Shown: piece by piece, positions 51,512-62,006 of the stretch
How positions within the stretch are numbered: position 1 is the stretch's first letter
How the letters are laid out: each line of letters opens with the position of its first letter
Assembly: GCA_943914835.1 (NCBI GenBank)
Contig: CALUDO010000001.1
Location: 125,608 to 189,607 of the forward strand
Source of the DNA: an uncultured Eremococcus sp.
GTDB lineage: Bacteria; Bacillota; Bacilli; Lactobacillales; Aerococcaceae
DNA length: 64,000 nucleotides
Reading direction: 5' to 3'
Made by a program: the position numbers and the translations under genes
Notes under the pieces: model-generated
Told to the model about the DNA's origin: nothing
What the model saw: the letters and a program-made list of their open reading frames with translations, nothing else
The model's database searches: none

Positions 51512-52582
51512 ATGACAATGAGCAGAGAAATAGGAATAGATTTAGGTACTGCAAACGTCTTGATCCATTTAAAAGGACGAGGGATTGTCGTTAATGAGCC
51601 TTCGGTCCTTGCGGTTGATACTGACACTAATGAGGTCTTAGCCTTTGGCCAAGCTGCCTATGATATGGGGGGGCGGACTTCAGATTCGATACGAATTATT
51701 CATCCCCTTAAAGATGGTGTCATAGCTGATTTTGATTATGCCGAAGCACTCTTGGTACTGCTTTTACGACGGATTCACTCTGCAAGCTGGTTCTCAAGAC
51801 CAAGTGTTTTAGTATGTGCTCCTTCTCAAATCTCTGATATTGATCGCCAATCATTAGTTGATGTGGTGGAGAAGGCTACAGGTGGCAGGGTTTACCTAGA
51901 AGAGGAAGCTTTGGTAGCTGGGGCTGGATCAGGTGTTGATTTAACCCAGGTCAAAGGGAATATGATTATAGATATTGGGGGAGGAACCACAGAAATTGCG
52001 GTCTTTTCAGGTCATCAAGTTATTGAATCCTGGACTCTCCATATAGCAGGTGATTCTTTCAATCAAGCGATTATCGATTATTTTAGAGATCACTACCAAT
52101 TGATGATTGGGAATAAAATGGCAGAAGAAACCAAAATAGAACTTGCCACAGCGATTCTAGTTGAAGACAAGCTCCTGGACCAGTTTGATGTCAGGGGACG
52201 AAGCTTGTTAACGGGACTTCCTAAATCTGTCAATGCAGATTCCAATGATATATATCAGGCACTTGGCCATCAATTGGAAATCATAGCGAATAAATGTCAT
52301 GATGTTCTAGAGGACTTAGACCCTGAGTTAGGAGCGGATATTCTTGACCAGGGAATAATTCTGTCTGGGGGAGGCGCCTTGATTTCAAACTTAGATACTT
52401 ATTTAAGTGATTTTCTAGGTGTATCAGTCATCCAGGCTGATCAGCCCATGGCTTGTCTGGCTATCGGGACTGGTTTGGTATTGGACTTAATTCAATCGGG
52501 TAAGTTGGAAGAGAATCTCCCTAATCGTAAGCAGGCTTGGCGGAGTTTCTGGAGACGGTTTCTTAGACGACTAATAGGATAG
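51512..52582 (+). CDS. mbl: MreB/Mbl-family actin-like protein
   Basis: IGIDLGTANVLIH...IIDIGGGTTEIAV motifs. Sits downstream of murA, where mbl is found in Bacillus and Listeria. Confidence 0.8.
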   Translation: MTMSREIGIDLGTANVLIHLKGRGIVVNEPSVLAVDTDTNEVLAFGQAAYDMGGRTSDSIRIIHPLKDGVIADFDYAEALLVLLLRRIHSASWFSRPSVLVCAPSQISDIDRQSLVDVVEKATGGRVYLEEEALVAGAGSGVDLTQVKGNMIIDIGGGTTEIAVFSGHQVIESWTLHIAGDSFNQAIIDYFRDHYQLMIGNKMAEETKIELATAILVEDKLLDQFDVRGRSLLTGLPKSVNADSNDIYQALGHQLEIIANKCHDVLEDLDPELGADILDQGIILSGGGALISNLDTYLSDFLGVSVIQADQPMACLAIGTGLVLDLIQSGKLEENLPNRKQAWRSFWRRFLRRLIG

Positions 52583-52592
52583 AGGGATAGGA

Positions 52593-52790
52593 ATGGACCA
52601 TAGATTTGAATCTGACCCTATCTGGTTAGACTTGCTTAAACGAATTGGCAAAATACTTGTTTTTTTAATATTAGTCGTGCTTGTATTCTGTATTGGAATT
52701 CTTGTAGGTTATTCAATACTAGGCGAAGGTTCTTTCTGGGAAGCATTCAACAAGGATACCTGGCTACATATTGTTGATTTTTTGAAATAA
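52593..52790 (+). CDS. Small single-pass membrane protein (65 aa), unknown function
   Basis: ORF with SD GAGGGATAGG and one TM helix (ILVFLILVVLVFCIGILVGYSIL). Confidence 0.4.
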   Translation: MDHRFESDPIWLDLLKRIGKILVFLILVVLVFCIGILVGYSILGEGSFWEAFNKDTWLHIVDFLK

Positions 52791-52861
52791 GCTCTTAAGG
52801 CGCTTAACCATTACTGGGGGCGTCTTTATTACTTTAGAGAATTACTTTAGGGGGGATTGGA

Positions 52862-53233
52862 GTGGCTAGTCATTTTACCTGGGGAGAAATAATTTTGTAT
52901 CTGCTGCCTCCTTGTTATATCTATTTTTTCATTCATTTTGGCAAAAATTATTTAAGACGCTTTTCATACTTTCCAGTCACCATTGCTATGTGCTTAATTC
53001 CTGTTTGGTTAATTCTAATCAAAATATTTAGTTTGTTGATTTATTCTTTTTCAATTTTGCCACATTTACTTTTTATTTTGGTCTTCCTACTGGCTTGTCA
53101 TCTTTATATCTATATGCAGGGCATTCGAACCTTTAGCTTGCTGGCATACTGGCAAGAAGCATCGAAAATTGTTTTTGCAGGTTTGTCTGCTAGTCTCTTA
53201 TCCTTGATGATATTAAGATTTTTTACTTGGTGA
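52862..53233 (+). CDS. DUF3397-like polytopic membrane protein
   Basis: 123 aa with four hydrophobic helices. The family assignment is tentative. Confidence 0.35.
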   Translation: MASHFTWGEIILYLLPPCYIYFFIHFGKNYLRRFSYFPVTIAMCLIPVWLILIKIFSLLIYSFSILPHLLFILVFLLACHLYIYMQGIRTFSLLAYWQEASKIVFAGLSASLLSLMILRFFTW

Positions 53234-53310
53234 ATTTATGGGAAATCCCCCCACTTGGTAATTGCTATTATTAAAGATGAAAACCTTGATAGTTTCAGGT
53301 TTCTAAAATG

Positions 53311-53337
53311 ATAACACCTATGGGTGTTATTTTTTTA
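53311..53337 (+). terminator. Intrinsic terminator upstream of the dcw cluster
   Basis: ATAACACC-TATG-GGTGTTAT followed by TTTTTTT. Confidence 0.8.
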
Positions 53338-53355
53338 TACTTTTTTGGGGAAATA

Positions 53356-53385
53356 GTGGTAGATAGTGGGGGATTGTGGTAGAAT
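53356..53385 (+). promoter_or_regulatory. MraZ operator (three GTGG repeats at exact 10-bp spacing) overlapping mraZ promoter -10
   Basis: GTGG at 53356, 53366 and 53376, followed by an extended -10 TGGTAGAAT (-10 at 53380-53385). Confidence 0.5.
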
Positions 53386-53416
53386 TAATTTAAACTTAGG
53401 TTAGGAGGGGAATTAG

Positions 53417-53848
53417 ATGCTGATTGGAGAATACCAACATAATATTGACTCTAAAGGGCGTCTAATTATGCCGGCTAAGTTTCGTTCAGACTTGGGGGAG
53501 CGGTTCATTGTGACCCGAGGTCTTGACGGATGTTTATTTGGTTTCCCGATGTCTAGTTGGGAATTAATTCAGGAGAAATTAGGACAATTACCCTTAGCTA
53601 AAAAAGATGCCCGAGCTTTTACGCGTTTCTTCTATTCAGCTGCCACTGAAGTGGAAATTGATAAGCAAGGGCGGATAAATCTGCCAAATAATTTAATTGA
53701 TTTCGCCAAGATCGATAAGGAATGCCGTGTGATCGGCGTTGCAGACCGTATCGAGATTTGGAGTATGGCGAAGTGGGAAGATTTTAGAGACATTGCTGAG
53801 GACAGCTTTGAAGATATTGCTGAAGATATGATTGATTTTGGTTTGTAG
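53417..53848 (+). CDS. mraZ: Transcriptional regulator MraZ
   Basis: [23 protein letters not shown]... with the duplicated DxxxR motif. Confidence 0.9.
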   Translation: MLIGEYQHNIDSKGRLIMPAKFRSDLGERFIVTRGLDGCLFGFPMSSWELIQEKLGQLPLAKKDARAFTRFFYSAATEVEIDKQGRINLPNNLIDFAKIDKECRVIGVADRIEIWSMAKWEDFRDIAEDSFEDIAEDMIDFGL

Positions 53849-53859
53849 GAGTAGATTGG

Positions 53860-54813
53860 ATGACCTTCGAACATAGGAGTGTATTGCTCCAAGAGACAAT
53901 TAATGAATTAGATGTGAACCCAAATGGGGTCTATGTAGATTGTACGCTAGGGGGGGCTGGACACGCAGCCTACTTATTATCCAAGTTGAGTCAACATGGC
54001 CACTTATATGCCTTTGATCAAGATTTTACGGCTATTGAGCATGCTACTGATGTCTTAGAGGATTATATTGAGAATGGACAGGTAACACTGATTCATAATA
54101 ACTTTCGCAATCTGGCTCATGAATTAGAAGAACGCGGGGTAAGCTATGTAGATGGTATTTATTATGACCTAGGAGTATCTTCGCCTCAATTAGATCATGC
54201 AGAACGAGGCTTTTCCTATAATCAATCCGCTCGCTTAGATATGCGGATGGATCAAGGAGCCCCATTAACAGCCTATCAAGTTGTCAATGAATGGTCTTAT
54301 GGGGACTTAGTTCGTATCATAAGTCGCTATGGAGAAGAACGCTTCGCTAAACGAATCGCCAGGGCGATTGAGAATCAGCGAAGTCAGACACCTATCCAAG
54401 ATACGATTGAATTAGCTGACTTGATTAAATCGGCTATACCAGCAGCTACTCGGCGAACGGGAGGCCATCCCGCCAAAAGGACTTTCCAGGCAATCCGGAT
54501 TGCAGTGAATGATGAATTGGGAGCCATTGAGGAATCGTTAGAACAGGCCTTAAGCTTATTGAAGGTAGGAGGAAGAATCTCTGTTATTTCCTTCCACTCA
54601 TTAGAGGATCGGATTGTCAAACAAATCTTCAAGGAAGCTGCATCGGGGCCAGATATCCCACCCAATTTGCCAGTTTTGCCAGAAGATTTAGCTGCTGATT
54701 ACCAATTAGTTACCCGTAAACCTATCACTGCTGACCAGCAAGAGTTAGAGCATAATAATCGGGCACGGTCTGCTAAATTAAGAGTGATTGAAAGAAGAAA
54801 GATTTCTGATTAA
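53860..54813 (+). CDS. rsmH: 16S rRNA (cytosine1402-N4)-methyltransferase
   Basis: [11 protein letters not shown] and [10 protein letters not shown] motifs. Confidence 0.9.
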   Translation: MTFEHRSVLLQETINELDVNPNGVYVDCTLGGAGHAAYLLSKLSQHGHLYAFDQDFTAIEHATDVLEDYIENGQVTLIHNNFRNLAHELEERGVSYVDGIYYDLGVSSPQLDHAERGFSYNQSARLDMRMDQGAPLTAYQVVNEWSYGDLVRIISRYGEERFAKRIARAIENQRSQTPIQDTIELADLIKSAIPAATRRTGGHPAKRTFQAIRIAVNDELGAIEESLEQALSLLKVGGRISVISFHSLEDRIVKQIFKEAASGPDIPPNLPVLPEDLAADYQLVTRKPITADQQELEHNNRARSAKLRVIERRKISD

Positions 54814-54835
54814 TAAATGAAGGGAGTTGTAAGAC

Positions 54836-55291
54836 ATGAATGTTCGAAAAGAAAGTCATTTTGATGCTAGTTCAGAAACAGAAACATATTTTGCTTACAC
54901 ATCCCGAGGCCAGCGACCTGGTAAACTAGTAAATGCTTATCCAGTAGAACCAGATTACCAATCTTCTTCAAATCATCTAGGTCAAGTAGAAAAAACACCA
55001 ACAAGGACAAAAGTAGCTGAAAAGTTGAATCGCTTAGAAAAAAGCTTAATTTTTCTCTTTTCAAGTCTGTTAGTCTTATTGGTGGTTCTTGATCTTGGTT
55101 TACAATACCGCAACACAAAAATGGACCTAATGATTGGTCAATATAATCAATCTGTAAATGATTTGAAATTAAATTCTGATAAACTGATGAATGAATTAAT
55201 GGTGCAATTTGATTATGATGCTGTGAAGACAGCCGCTGAAGAACAAGGATTAAGCGTGGATGCTTCTAGGATTAAGGATGTTAGGCAATGA
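54836..55291 (+). CDS. ftsL: Cell division protein FtsL
   Basis: 151 aa, single TM helix then a coiled coil. Position between rsmH and pbp2B. Confidence 0.7.
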   Translation: MNVRKESHFDASSETETYFAYTSRGQRPGKLVNAYPVEPDYQSSSNHLGQVEKTPTRTKVAEKLNRLEKSLIFLFSSLLVLLVVLDLGLQYRNTKMDLMIGQYNQSVNDLKLNSDKLMNELMVQFDYDAVKTAAEEQGLSVDASRIKDVRQ

Positions 55292-56955
55292 TAAAGAAAC
55301 AAGAAAAGACTAAAAATTACAATCTTGTCTTATATATCATAACGATAAGTTTGATTTTTTTAGTTTTTGCGGCACGGATCTTTCAATTAACCGTGGTAAA
55401 GAAGAGTAATTCAGTTGATTTAAGTCAATTGGACCCCATATATGAAAATGGAAGTAGTATTACGCAGGTTAGACGGGGGAATATTTTTGATTCCTCGGGT
55501 AAGCCTATTGCGCTTGATACTACTTCTTATTCTCTTTATGCACAAATAAAAGGAGAAAATGATGTTGTAGAAGACCCGGATGAGACGGCTAAGTTTCTGA
55601 GTAATGTATTGAATGTTTCTCGGGATGAGATTTTAGGCTATCTTTTGCAGGATAATTTAAATCAGGTTGAATTTGGACCAGCGGGAAAAGATTTAAATCA
55701 AGAACAAATTCTAGCTATTTCTCAAGCGAATTTTCCAGGTTTGCATATCCATGAAGAAGTCTCTCGTTTCTATGCCAATGATTTCTACGCTTCTCATTTG
55801 ATTGGTTATGCTGATAAGAGCGAAGATGGCTCAAAATTGGAAGGTAAATTAGGTATTGAGTTGGCATTCAATGACCAGTTAAGCCAAGCCAGTCAACGTG
55901 ACAGCCAGGGCTTGCAGAGTGGGAGTGACCTTTATTTAACCTTGGATTCTCGTTTGCAAAATTATTTAGATTCCTTATTAGCTGATAGTTACCAGAAGTA
56001 TCAGCCAGAAGAGATGGGGGCCTATTTGGTAGATGTCAAAACTGGTCGTTTATTAGCCTCAAGTCAGCAGCCATCATTTAATCTTAATACACGGGGGGGA
56101 ATCGATAAACAATGGATGAACCTCCTTGTAGAGAATTCCTATGAACCTGGTTCAACCATCAAAATTCTAGTCTCAGCTCTAGCCCAAGATCTTCACCTTT
56201 ATCAGCCGGGTGAGACTTACCAGTCAGGCTCAATCGAAGTTTATGACCGTAAGATTCATGATTATAATTTAGAAGGTTGGGGACCGATTAGCTTTGACGA
56301 GGGGCTTATTAGGTCTTCAAACGTTGGGATGGTTGAGTTGGTTCAGCGAATGGGCTTGGACACATGGATGAAAAAATTAGAAGAATTTGGCTTTGGCCAG
56401 ACTACTCAATCAGGTTTGCCCAATGAAACAAAGGGACAAATTGCCTTTGATAACCCAGTGTCACAGACTATGTCAGCCTTTGGGCAGGGAATTATGACCA
56501 GCCCAATCCAATTATTACAAGCCTATTCAAGCATTGGAAATGGTGGTAAAATGATGAAGATTCAGTATCTTGATCATATGACAGGTAGTGGGCCTTCTAA
56601 ATTTGAACCAATTGTGGTGAAGAATTTATTTACGCCTCAGGCAGCCAATAAGGTCTTGTCCTTAATGGTTGATACGGTTGAGAAAGACTACGGGACAGCT
56701 AAAGATTATCGGATGGAGGGCATTAAGATTGCTGCCAAAACAGGGACAGCACAAATTGCTGATCCGAATGGGAACGGCTATCTGACGGGACCTTCAGATT
56801 ATTATTTCTCTGTGGTTTCTTTCTTTCCAGCTGATGATCCCAACTATATCTTGTACATGTCAATGAAACGACCAAGTGAAGCTCAGGGTAGAACGGGAAA
56901 TCAAATTCTATCAGAGATTTTTAAACCTTTTGTAAATTATGTTTTAGTGGATTAA
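55288..56955 (+). CDS. Class B penicillin-binding protein (FtsI/PBP2B-type transpeptidase)
   Basis: STIK (SxxK), SSN (SxN) and KTGT (KTG) motifs. N-terminal TM anchor. ATGA overlap with ftsL. Confidence 0.85.
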   Translation: MIKKQEKTKNYNLVLYIITISLIFLVFAARIFQLTVVKKSNSVDLSQLDPIYENGSSITQVRRGNIFDSSGKPIALDTTSYSLYAQIKGENDVVEDPDETAKFLSNVLNVSRDEILGYLLQDNLNQVEFGPAGKDLNQEQILAISQANFPGLHIHEEVSRFYANDFYASHLIGYADKSEDGSKLEGKLGIELAFNDQLSQASQRDSQGLQSGSDLYLTLDSRLQNYLDSLLADSYQKYQPEEMGAYLVDVKTGRLLASSQQPSFNLNTRGGIDKQWMNLLVENSYEPGSTIKILVSALAQDLHLYQPGETYQSGSIEVYDRKIHDYNLEGWGPISFDEGLIRSSNVGMVELVQRMGLDTWMKKLEEFGFGQTTQSGLPNETKGQIAFDNPVSQTMSAFGQGIMTSPIQLLQAYSSIGNGGKMMKIQYLDHMTGSGPSKFEPIVVKNLFTPQAANKVLSLMVDTVEKDYGTAKDYRMEGIKIAAKTGTAQIADPNGNGYLTGPSDYYFSVVSFFPADDPNYILYMSMKRPSEAQGRTGNQILSEIFKPFVNYVLVD

Positions 56956-56980
56956 TGATGAATAGAGAAGTGAGGGACTT

Positions 56981-58468
56981 ATGAAACAAGTTGACTTATT
57001 GGATGTTTTATATAATAAGCAGGTTTATGGAGCGAAATATTTAAATAAGGAAGTTACGTCTCTAACCAATGACTCTAGAAGTGTTGAACCAGGCGCTTGC
57101 TTTATTGCCTTGGTTGGCGAACATTTCGATGGCCATCAAGCTGTTGAGGAAGTTGTGAGTCAAGGGGTTCAATTAGTGGTTGTTGAAAATTATCAGCCAT
57201 CCTATGCTGATCTTAATGCGACTATTGTTGTAGTTCCTTCCACCTTTAGGGCTCAAGCTATTCTGGCGAATCAGTTTTATCATGAACCTAGTCGTCAATT
57301 GCAAGTTGTCGCTGTTACAGGAACAAATGGCAAAACAACGACTTCTTCAATGATTAGTGATCTTTTAACACATTTGGACCACACAACCGGACAGATTGGA
57401 ACACTCCACTATAAGGTCAAGGATCGATATTATCCAGCTGTCAATACCACTCCGGATGCATTGACTCTTCAATCTTTATTCAATGAAATGGTGACAAGTG
57501 GCTGTCAAGATGCTGTTATTGAAGCTTCCTCACATGCTTTAGCTTTGGGAAGATTGTGGTATACAGATATTGATTGCGCTATATTCACTAATTTAACACG
57601 TGAACATTTAGACTTTCACAAAACCATGGATCAGTATGCCAATGCTAAAAGTTTGCTATTTAGCCAACTAGGCCAAAGTTTCCACCAGGGTCGCCCTAGA
57701 CTAGGTATTATTAACATGGATGATAGCTATGCCAGTATAATGGCTCAGGCTACTGGGGCAGATATCGTGACCTATAGCTTGGAAGATTCGAAGGCTACGG
57801 CCTATGCCTTTGATGTTGAAGATAAATTAGGCGGTAGCCAATTTAAAATTCAATTTAAAGGGGATAATTATTCCGCAGAGATTCCTATGCGGGGTCTATA
57901 TAATATTTCCAACTACCTTGCAGCCTTCCTTTGCTTAACGGAGTATTATGGTTATAGTCCCCAAGAAGTTATCCAAGCTAGCCAATCTTTTAAAGGGGTG
58001 CCTGGACGGATGGAATCTGTACAGATGGGTCAAGATTTTGACATTATTGTTGATTTTGCCCACACTTCAGACGCTTTAGAACGTGTCATGCAAGAGTTAT
58101 CTAAAAGTAAACAAGGGCGTCTAATTGCCTTAATGGGTCATAGTGGTGGTAATCGGGACTCAGGTGCTCGACCAGGTATTGGCGATGTCTTGTTTAAATA
58201 TGCAGATTACATTGTCTTTACTGCGGATAATCCGCGCTTTGAAAAAGTTTCTAAAATTTGTCGCGAAATGATTGGAGATCATCAAGAAAAATCATATACA
58301 GTGATTGAAGATCGTAAGGATGCAGTTACCCATGCCTTAGAGGCAGCCCAAGCAGGGGACATTGTTTTATTGGCTGGTAAGGGTGGCGAAGGCTATCAAG
58401 TGATAGGTGATGACAAAGTTCCTTACGATGATGTAGAGGAAGTTGAGGCTTATTATCAGTCCAAGTAG
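56981..58468 (+). CDS. murE: UDP-N-acetylmuramoyl-L-alanyl-D-glutamate--L-lysine (or DAP) ligase
   Basis: Mur ligase with the GTNGKTTT P-loop; the domain layout matches MurE. Confidence 0.8.
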   Translation: MKQVDLLDVLYNKQVYGAKYLNKEVTSLTNDSRSVEPGACFIALVGEHFDGHQAVEEVVSQGVQLVVVENYQPSYADLNATIVVVPSTFRAQAILANQFYHEPSRQLQVVAVTGTNGKTTTSSMISDLLTHLDHTTGQIGTLHYKVKDRYYPAVNTTPDALTLQSLFNEMVTSGCQDAVIEASSHALALGRLWYTDIDCAIFTNLTREHLDFHKTMDQYANAKSLLFSQLGQSFHQGRPRLGIINMDDSYASIMAQATGADIVTYSLEDSKATAYAFDVEDKLGGSQFKIQFKGDNYSAEIPMRGLYNISNYLAAFLCLTEYYGYSPQEVIQASQSFKGVPGRMESVQMGQDFDIIVDFAHTSDALERVMQELSKSKQGRLIALMGHSGGNRDSGARPGIGDVLFKYADYIVFTADNPRFEKVSKICREMIGDHQEKSYTVIEDRKDAVTHALEAAQAGDIVLLAGKGGEGYQVIGDDKVPYDDVEEVEAYYQSK

Positions 58469-58490
58469 ATAATCTATTTTATAAAGGAGA

Positions 58491-59444
58491 ATGATTATGA
58501 ATATCTTTGGTATGGTTATTTCATTTGCTATAACCATCATCTTAATGCCTTTTTTTATCAAGTATTTTATCCGTAAGAAAATTGGACAAACGACTCGTGA
58601 AGAAGGACCTTTGTGGCACGAGGTTAAAACAGGGACACCCACCATGGGTGGATCTGTTTTTGTTGCGTCTATCATAATAACCTGTTTAATTCTAGGTGGG
58701 ATAGCTGGTTTGCTTGACGGTTACCTATGGATGCTTATCTTGGCCTTCTTGTTATTCGGTGGAATTGGTTTTATAGATGACTTCATTTCTATTTTTAAAA
58801 AACAAAATGAAGGACTTACAGCTAATCAGAAATTTCTGGCCCAGGTTATTTTCTCCATTTTACTTGTGGGTGTGGGAAGATTTCTTCAAGCTGATTTGAC
58901 TTTTGATCTCTTTGGATATCAGGTAACCTCGATTATTTGGATTATCTTATTTGCCTTTTTCTGGATTACTGGATTTTCCAATGCAGTGAACTTAACAGAT
59001 GGCTTGGATGGCTTATCAACGGGTCTATCTATCATTTCTTATTTGACCTATGCTTTTATTGCTAATAGATCTGGAAAGGACAGTCTTGTATTTGCTTGTT
59101 TAGTGGTAGTAGGAGCTTTAGGGGCCTTTCTTATATTTAATAAGAAACCTGCTAAAATTTTTATGGGGGATGTGGGATCCTTGGCACTTGGAGCTGGGCT
59201 GGCAGTCTTGTCCCTGGCTTTGAATCGTCCCTGGTCTTTACTATGGATAGGAATTATCTTTGTCATCGAAACAGCTAGTGTGATTCTTCAAGTCCTTTCA
59301 TTCAAAACTACCGGTAAGCGAATCTTCAAGATGAGTCCGATTCACCATCATTTCGAAATGATTGGTTGGTCAGAAGGGCAAGTTGTTCTACGCTTCTGGT
59401 TATGCGGACTAGTGGCTGCTATAACATATCTATTAGTACATTAG
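58491..59444 (+). CDS. mraY: Phospho-N-acetylmuramoyl-pentapeptide transferase
   Basis: 317 aa with ten TM helices, and DGLDGL and HHH motifs. Confidence 0.9.
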   Translation: MIMNIFGMVISFAITIILMPFFIKYFIRKKIGQTTREEGPLWHEVKTGTPTMGGSVFVASIIITCLILGGIAGLLDGYLWMLILAFLLFGGIGFIDDFISIFKKQNEGLTANQKFLAQVIFSILLVGVGRFLQADLTFDLFGYQVTSIIWIILFAFFWITGFSNAVNLTDGLDGLSTGLSIISYLTYAFIANRSGKDSLVFACLVVVGALGAFLIFNKKPAKIFMGDVGSLALGAGLAVLSLALNRPWSLLWIGIIFVIETASVILQVLSFKTTGKRIFKMSPIHHHFEMIGWSEGQVVLRFWLCGLVAAITYLLVH

Positions 59445-59457
59445 AAAAGAGGAAACT

Positions 59458-60825
59458 ATGATACACCGTGAGGCATTATCCCAAAGCAAGGTCTTGATTT
59501 TAGGATACGGTTTGACAGGTCAAGCATCTGCTGCATTTTTGTTAGACCAGGGGGCTCAGGTGAGTTTAAGTGATTCTAAACCTATAGACCAAGATCAAGC
59601 CCTGAACTTATTGAAAGACAAGGGGCTCAGACTTATAACAGGAGATCAAAGTCCTGAAATCCTTGAAGAGGGATTTGATTTCATTCTCAAGAATCCGGGG
59701 ATTCCCTACCAAGTTCCAATCATTCAAGCAGCCCTTGATAAAAAGATTCCAATTTTTACCGATATCGAGTTGGCGTCTTGGTACAGTCAGGCTCCAATTC
59801 TAGCAGTGACTGGATCTAATGGGAAAACAACTACCACTGCCTTGATCCACCAAATAATGGAAGGGAAATCTGTACTTGGCGGGAATATTGGAATCCCTAG
59901 TTTAAGTGTTGTCGATAAGGCTACCAGCGACCAAGCTTTATTACTAGAGACCTCCAGCTTTCAACTAGCAGGGACCCAGGAATTCAAACCGCATATCGCT
60001 GTGATTACCAATATATATCCAACCCACTTGGATTATCATGGGGATATGGAGGGGTACATTGAGGCAAAATTAAAGATCGCAGAGAATTTAGATTCCTCAT
60101 CTTATTTGGTATATAATTATGATCAAGAAGCCTTGCTTCATAGGGTTTCCTGCCTTCCAGGCAAGCAGGTGCCATTTGCTAGAAAGCAAGTTGACTCTTG
60201 GGTAAAGGACCATGGGTCATATATTGAAGACGGAGTCATTTACTTCCAAGGACAGAAGGTTATGGAGGTTGCTAAGGTAGCGATACCTGGCCAACATAAT
60301 CTTGAAAATGTGTTAGCTGCTGTTGCTGTGGCTATGCTTGAAGGTATCAGTCCCCAAGAGATTAGTGATCGAGTAGCAGCCTATCATGGCATGCCGCATC
60401 GGATTCAAAGAATCGCTTCTGTGCGAGGTTGCGACTTCTATAATGATTCAAAGGCCACCAACATAACAGCCACTGTAACAGCTCTTAAGGCCTTTGATAG
60501 GCCCCTTGTTTATATTGGTGGGGGCCTAGACCGTGGCAATGATTTTGATGATCTTGTGCCTTACTTAAGGGGTATTAAAGTAGCCCATCTCTATGGTCAA
60601 ACTAAGCATAAAATGGCTAAAGCCTTTGAAATGGTTGGTATAGACTACCAGATTCATGAGGATTTGCAGGAAGCTACTCAGGCAGCCTATAAAGAGATGC
60701 AGTCGGGGCAAGTTATGCTTTTCTCTCCTGCGTGTGCTTCCTGGGATCAATTTCCAAATTATGAAATACGCGGAGAAAATTTCGTCAAAGAAATTCAAAC
60801 CTTAATTCAAAAAGACCCCTACTAG
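59458..60825 (+). CDS. murD: UDP-N-acetylmuramoylalanine--D-glutamate ligase
   Basis: GSNGKTTTT P-loop; Mur ligase. Confidence 0.9.
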   Translation: MIHREALSQSKVLILGYGLTGQASAAFLLDQGAQVSLSDSKPIDQDQALNLLKDKGLRLITGDQSPEILEEGFDFILKNPGIPYQVPIIQAALDKKIPIFTDIELASWYSQAPILAVTGSNGKTTTTALIHQIMEGKSVLGGNIGIPSLSVVDKATSDQALLLETSSFQLAGTQEFKPHIAVITNIYPTHLDYHGDMEGYIEAKLKIAENLDSSSYLVYNYDQEALLHRVSCLPGKQVPFARKQVDSWVKDHGSYIEDGVIYFQGQKVMEVAKVAIPGQHNLENVLAAVAVAMLEGISPQEISDRVAAYHGMPHRIQRIASVRGCDFYNDSKATNITATVTALKAFDRPLVYIGGGLDRGNDFDDLVPYLRGIKVAHLYGQTKHKMAKAFEMVGIDYQIHEDLQEATQAAYKEMQSGQVMLFSPACASWDQFPNYEIRGENFVKEIQTLIQKDPY

Positions 60826-60845
60826 GCATTGAAGGAGTGAGTATC

Positions 60846-61967
60846 GTGACAAAAATCAATCGAATTGTTCTCTCAGGTGGAGGGACAGGTGGACATATAT
60901 ATCCTGCTTTATCCGTCTATAAAGAACTTAAGCGGCGCAATCCCGATTTAGAAGCATTATATATTGGTACACAAAAAGGTCTAGAGGCTCGAATTATACC
61001 TCAGGAAGGAATTCCTTTTAAATCCATTAATATTCAGGGGCTTAAACGGTCAATCTCAATTGATAATCTTAAGACTGGAATTCATTTGTTGACTTCCATG
61101 CGGAAGGCACAAAATATGATTCAAGATTTTAAACCCGATGTGGTTATCGGAACAGGGGGGTATGTTTCAGCTCCAGTCCTATTAGCTGCTTCCTTCTTAA
61201 GTGTTCCAACTATGATTCACGAACAGAATTCTACTGCAGGGGTAACCAATCGACTGCTTTCGCGTTTCGTTACCAAAATAGGAATCTGTTTTGAAGAGGT
61301 TACAAAGGACTTCCCTAAATCTAAGTATAAAATCGAAATGACCGGGAATCCTAGGGGGCAAGAAGTTATCGACACCCCGGAGGACCCTCATATTTTGAAT
61401 AGGCAATTTGGTTTAGAAGATAATTTACCCACTGTCCTGGTGTTTGGCGGCAGCCGAGGGGCACCAGCCATTACAAAAGCTGCGGTAGATAGTATTCCTA
61501 GCTTTAGTCAAAGGGAGTATCAAGTGATCATTGCTACGGGAAGTGACCACTATGACCAGGTGGTTGAAGCCGTAGAGGGTGGTGATTCGCTCAGGGCAAA
61601 AAATGTTAAAATAGTTCCTTACATTGACAATATGCCTTCGGTTTTTCGGGCGATTGACTTAGTGGTTTGCCGGAGTGGCGCTACTACTTTGACGGAAATT
61701 CTTGCCCTAGGTTTACCTAGTTTATTGATTCCTAGCCCATATGTAACTAATAATCATCAAGAGAAAAATGCCCAATCTTTAGTATCTAAGAAGGCGGCTA
61801 TGATGCTTTTGGAAAGTGATTTGAACAAGGATTCATTGACCATGTACATTGATGAGTTAATGACTAATCCAGAGAAATTAAAAGATATGTCAACCAGGGC
61901 GGCGAATATGGCCATTACTGATGCGCGTGATCGTATCGTTTCAATTCTAGAAGAAATTACAATTTAG
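60846..61967 (+). CDS. murG: Undecaprenyldiphospho-muramoylpentapeptide beta-N-acetylglucosaminyltransferase
   Basis: LSGGGTGGHIYPAL motif. Probable GTG start at 60846, 8 nt after GAAGGAG. The ORF-track GTG 60837 lies inside the SD. Confidence 0.85.
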   Translation: MTKINRIVLSGGGTGGHIYPALSVYKELKRRNPDLEALYIGTQKGLEARIIPQEGIPFKSINIQGLKRSISIDNLKTGIHLLTSMRKAQNMIQDFKPDVVIGTGGYVSAPVLLAASFLSVPTMIHEQNSTAGVTNRLLSRFVTKIGICFEEVTKDFPKSKYKIEMTGNPRGQEVIDTPEDPHILNRQFGLEDNLPTVLVFGGSRGAPAITKAAVDSIPSFSQREYQVIIATGSDHYDQVVEAVEGGDSLRAKNVKIVPYIDNMPSVFRAIDLVVCRSGATTLTEILALGLPSLLIPSPYVTNNHQEKNAQSLVSKKAAMMLLESDLNKDSLTMYIDELMTNPEKLKDMSTRAANMAITDARDRIVSILEEITI

Positions 61968-62006
61968 ATTCTGAGATTATTAAGCTAGGAAGAGGGGAGG
62001 AAGTTT

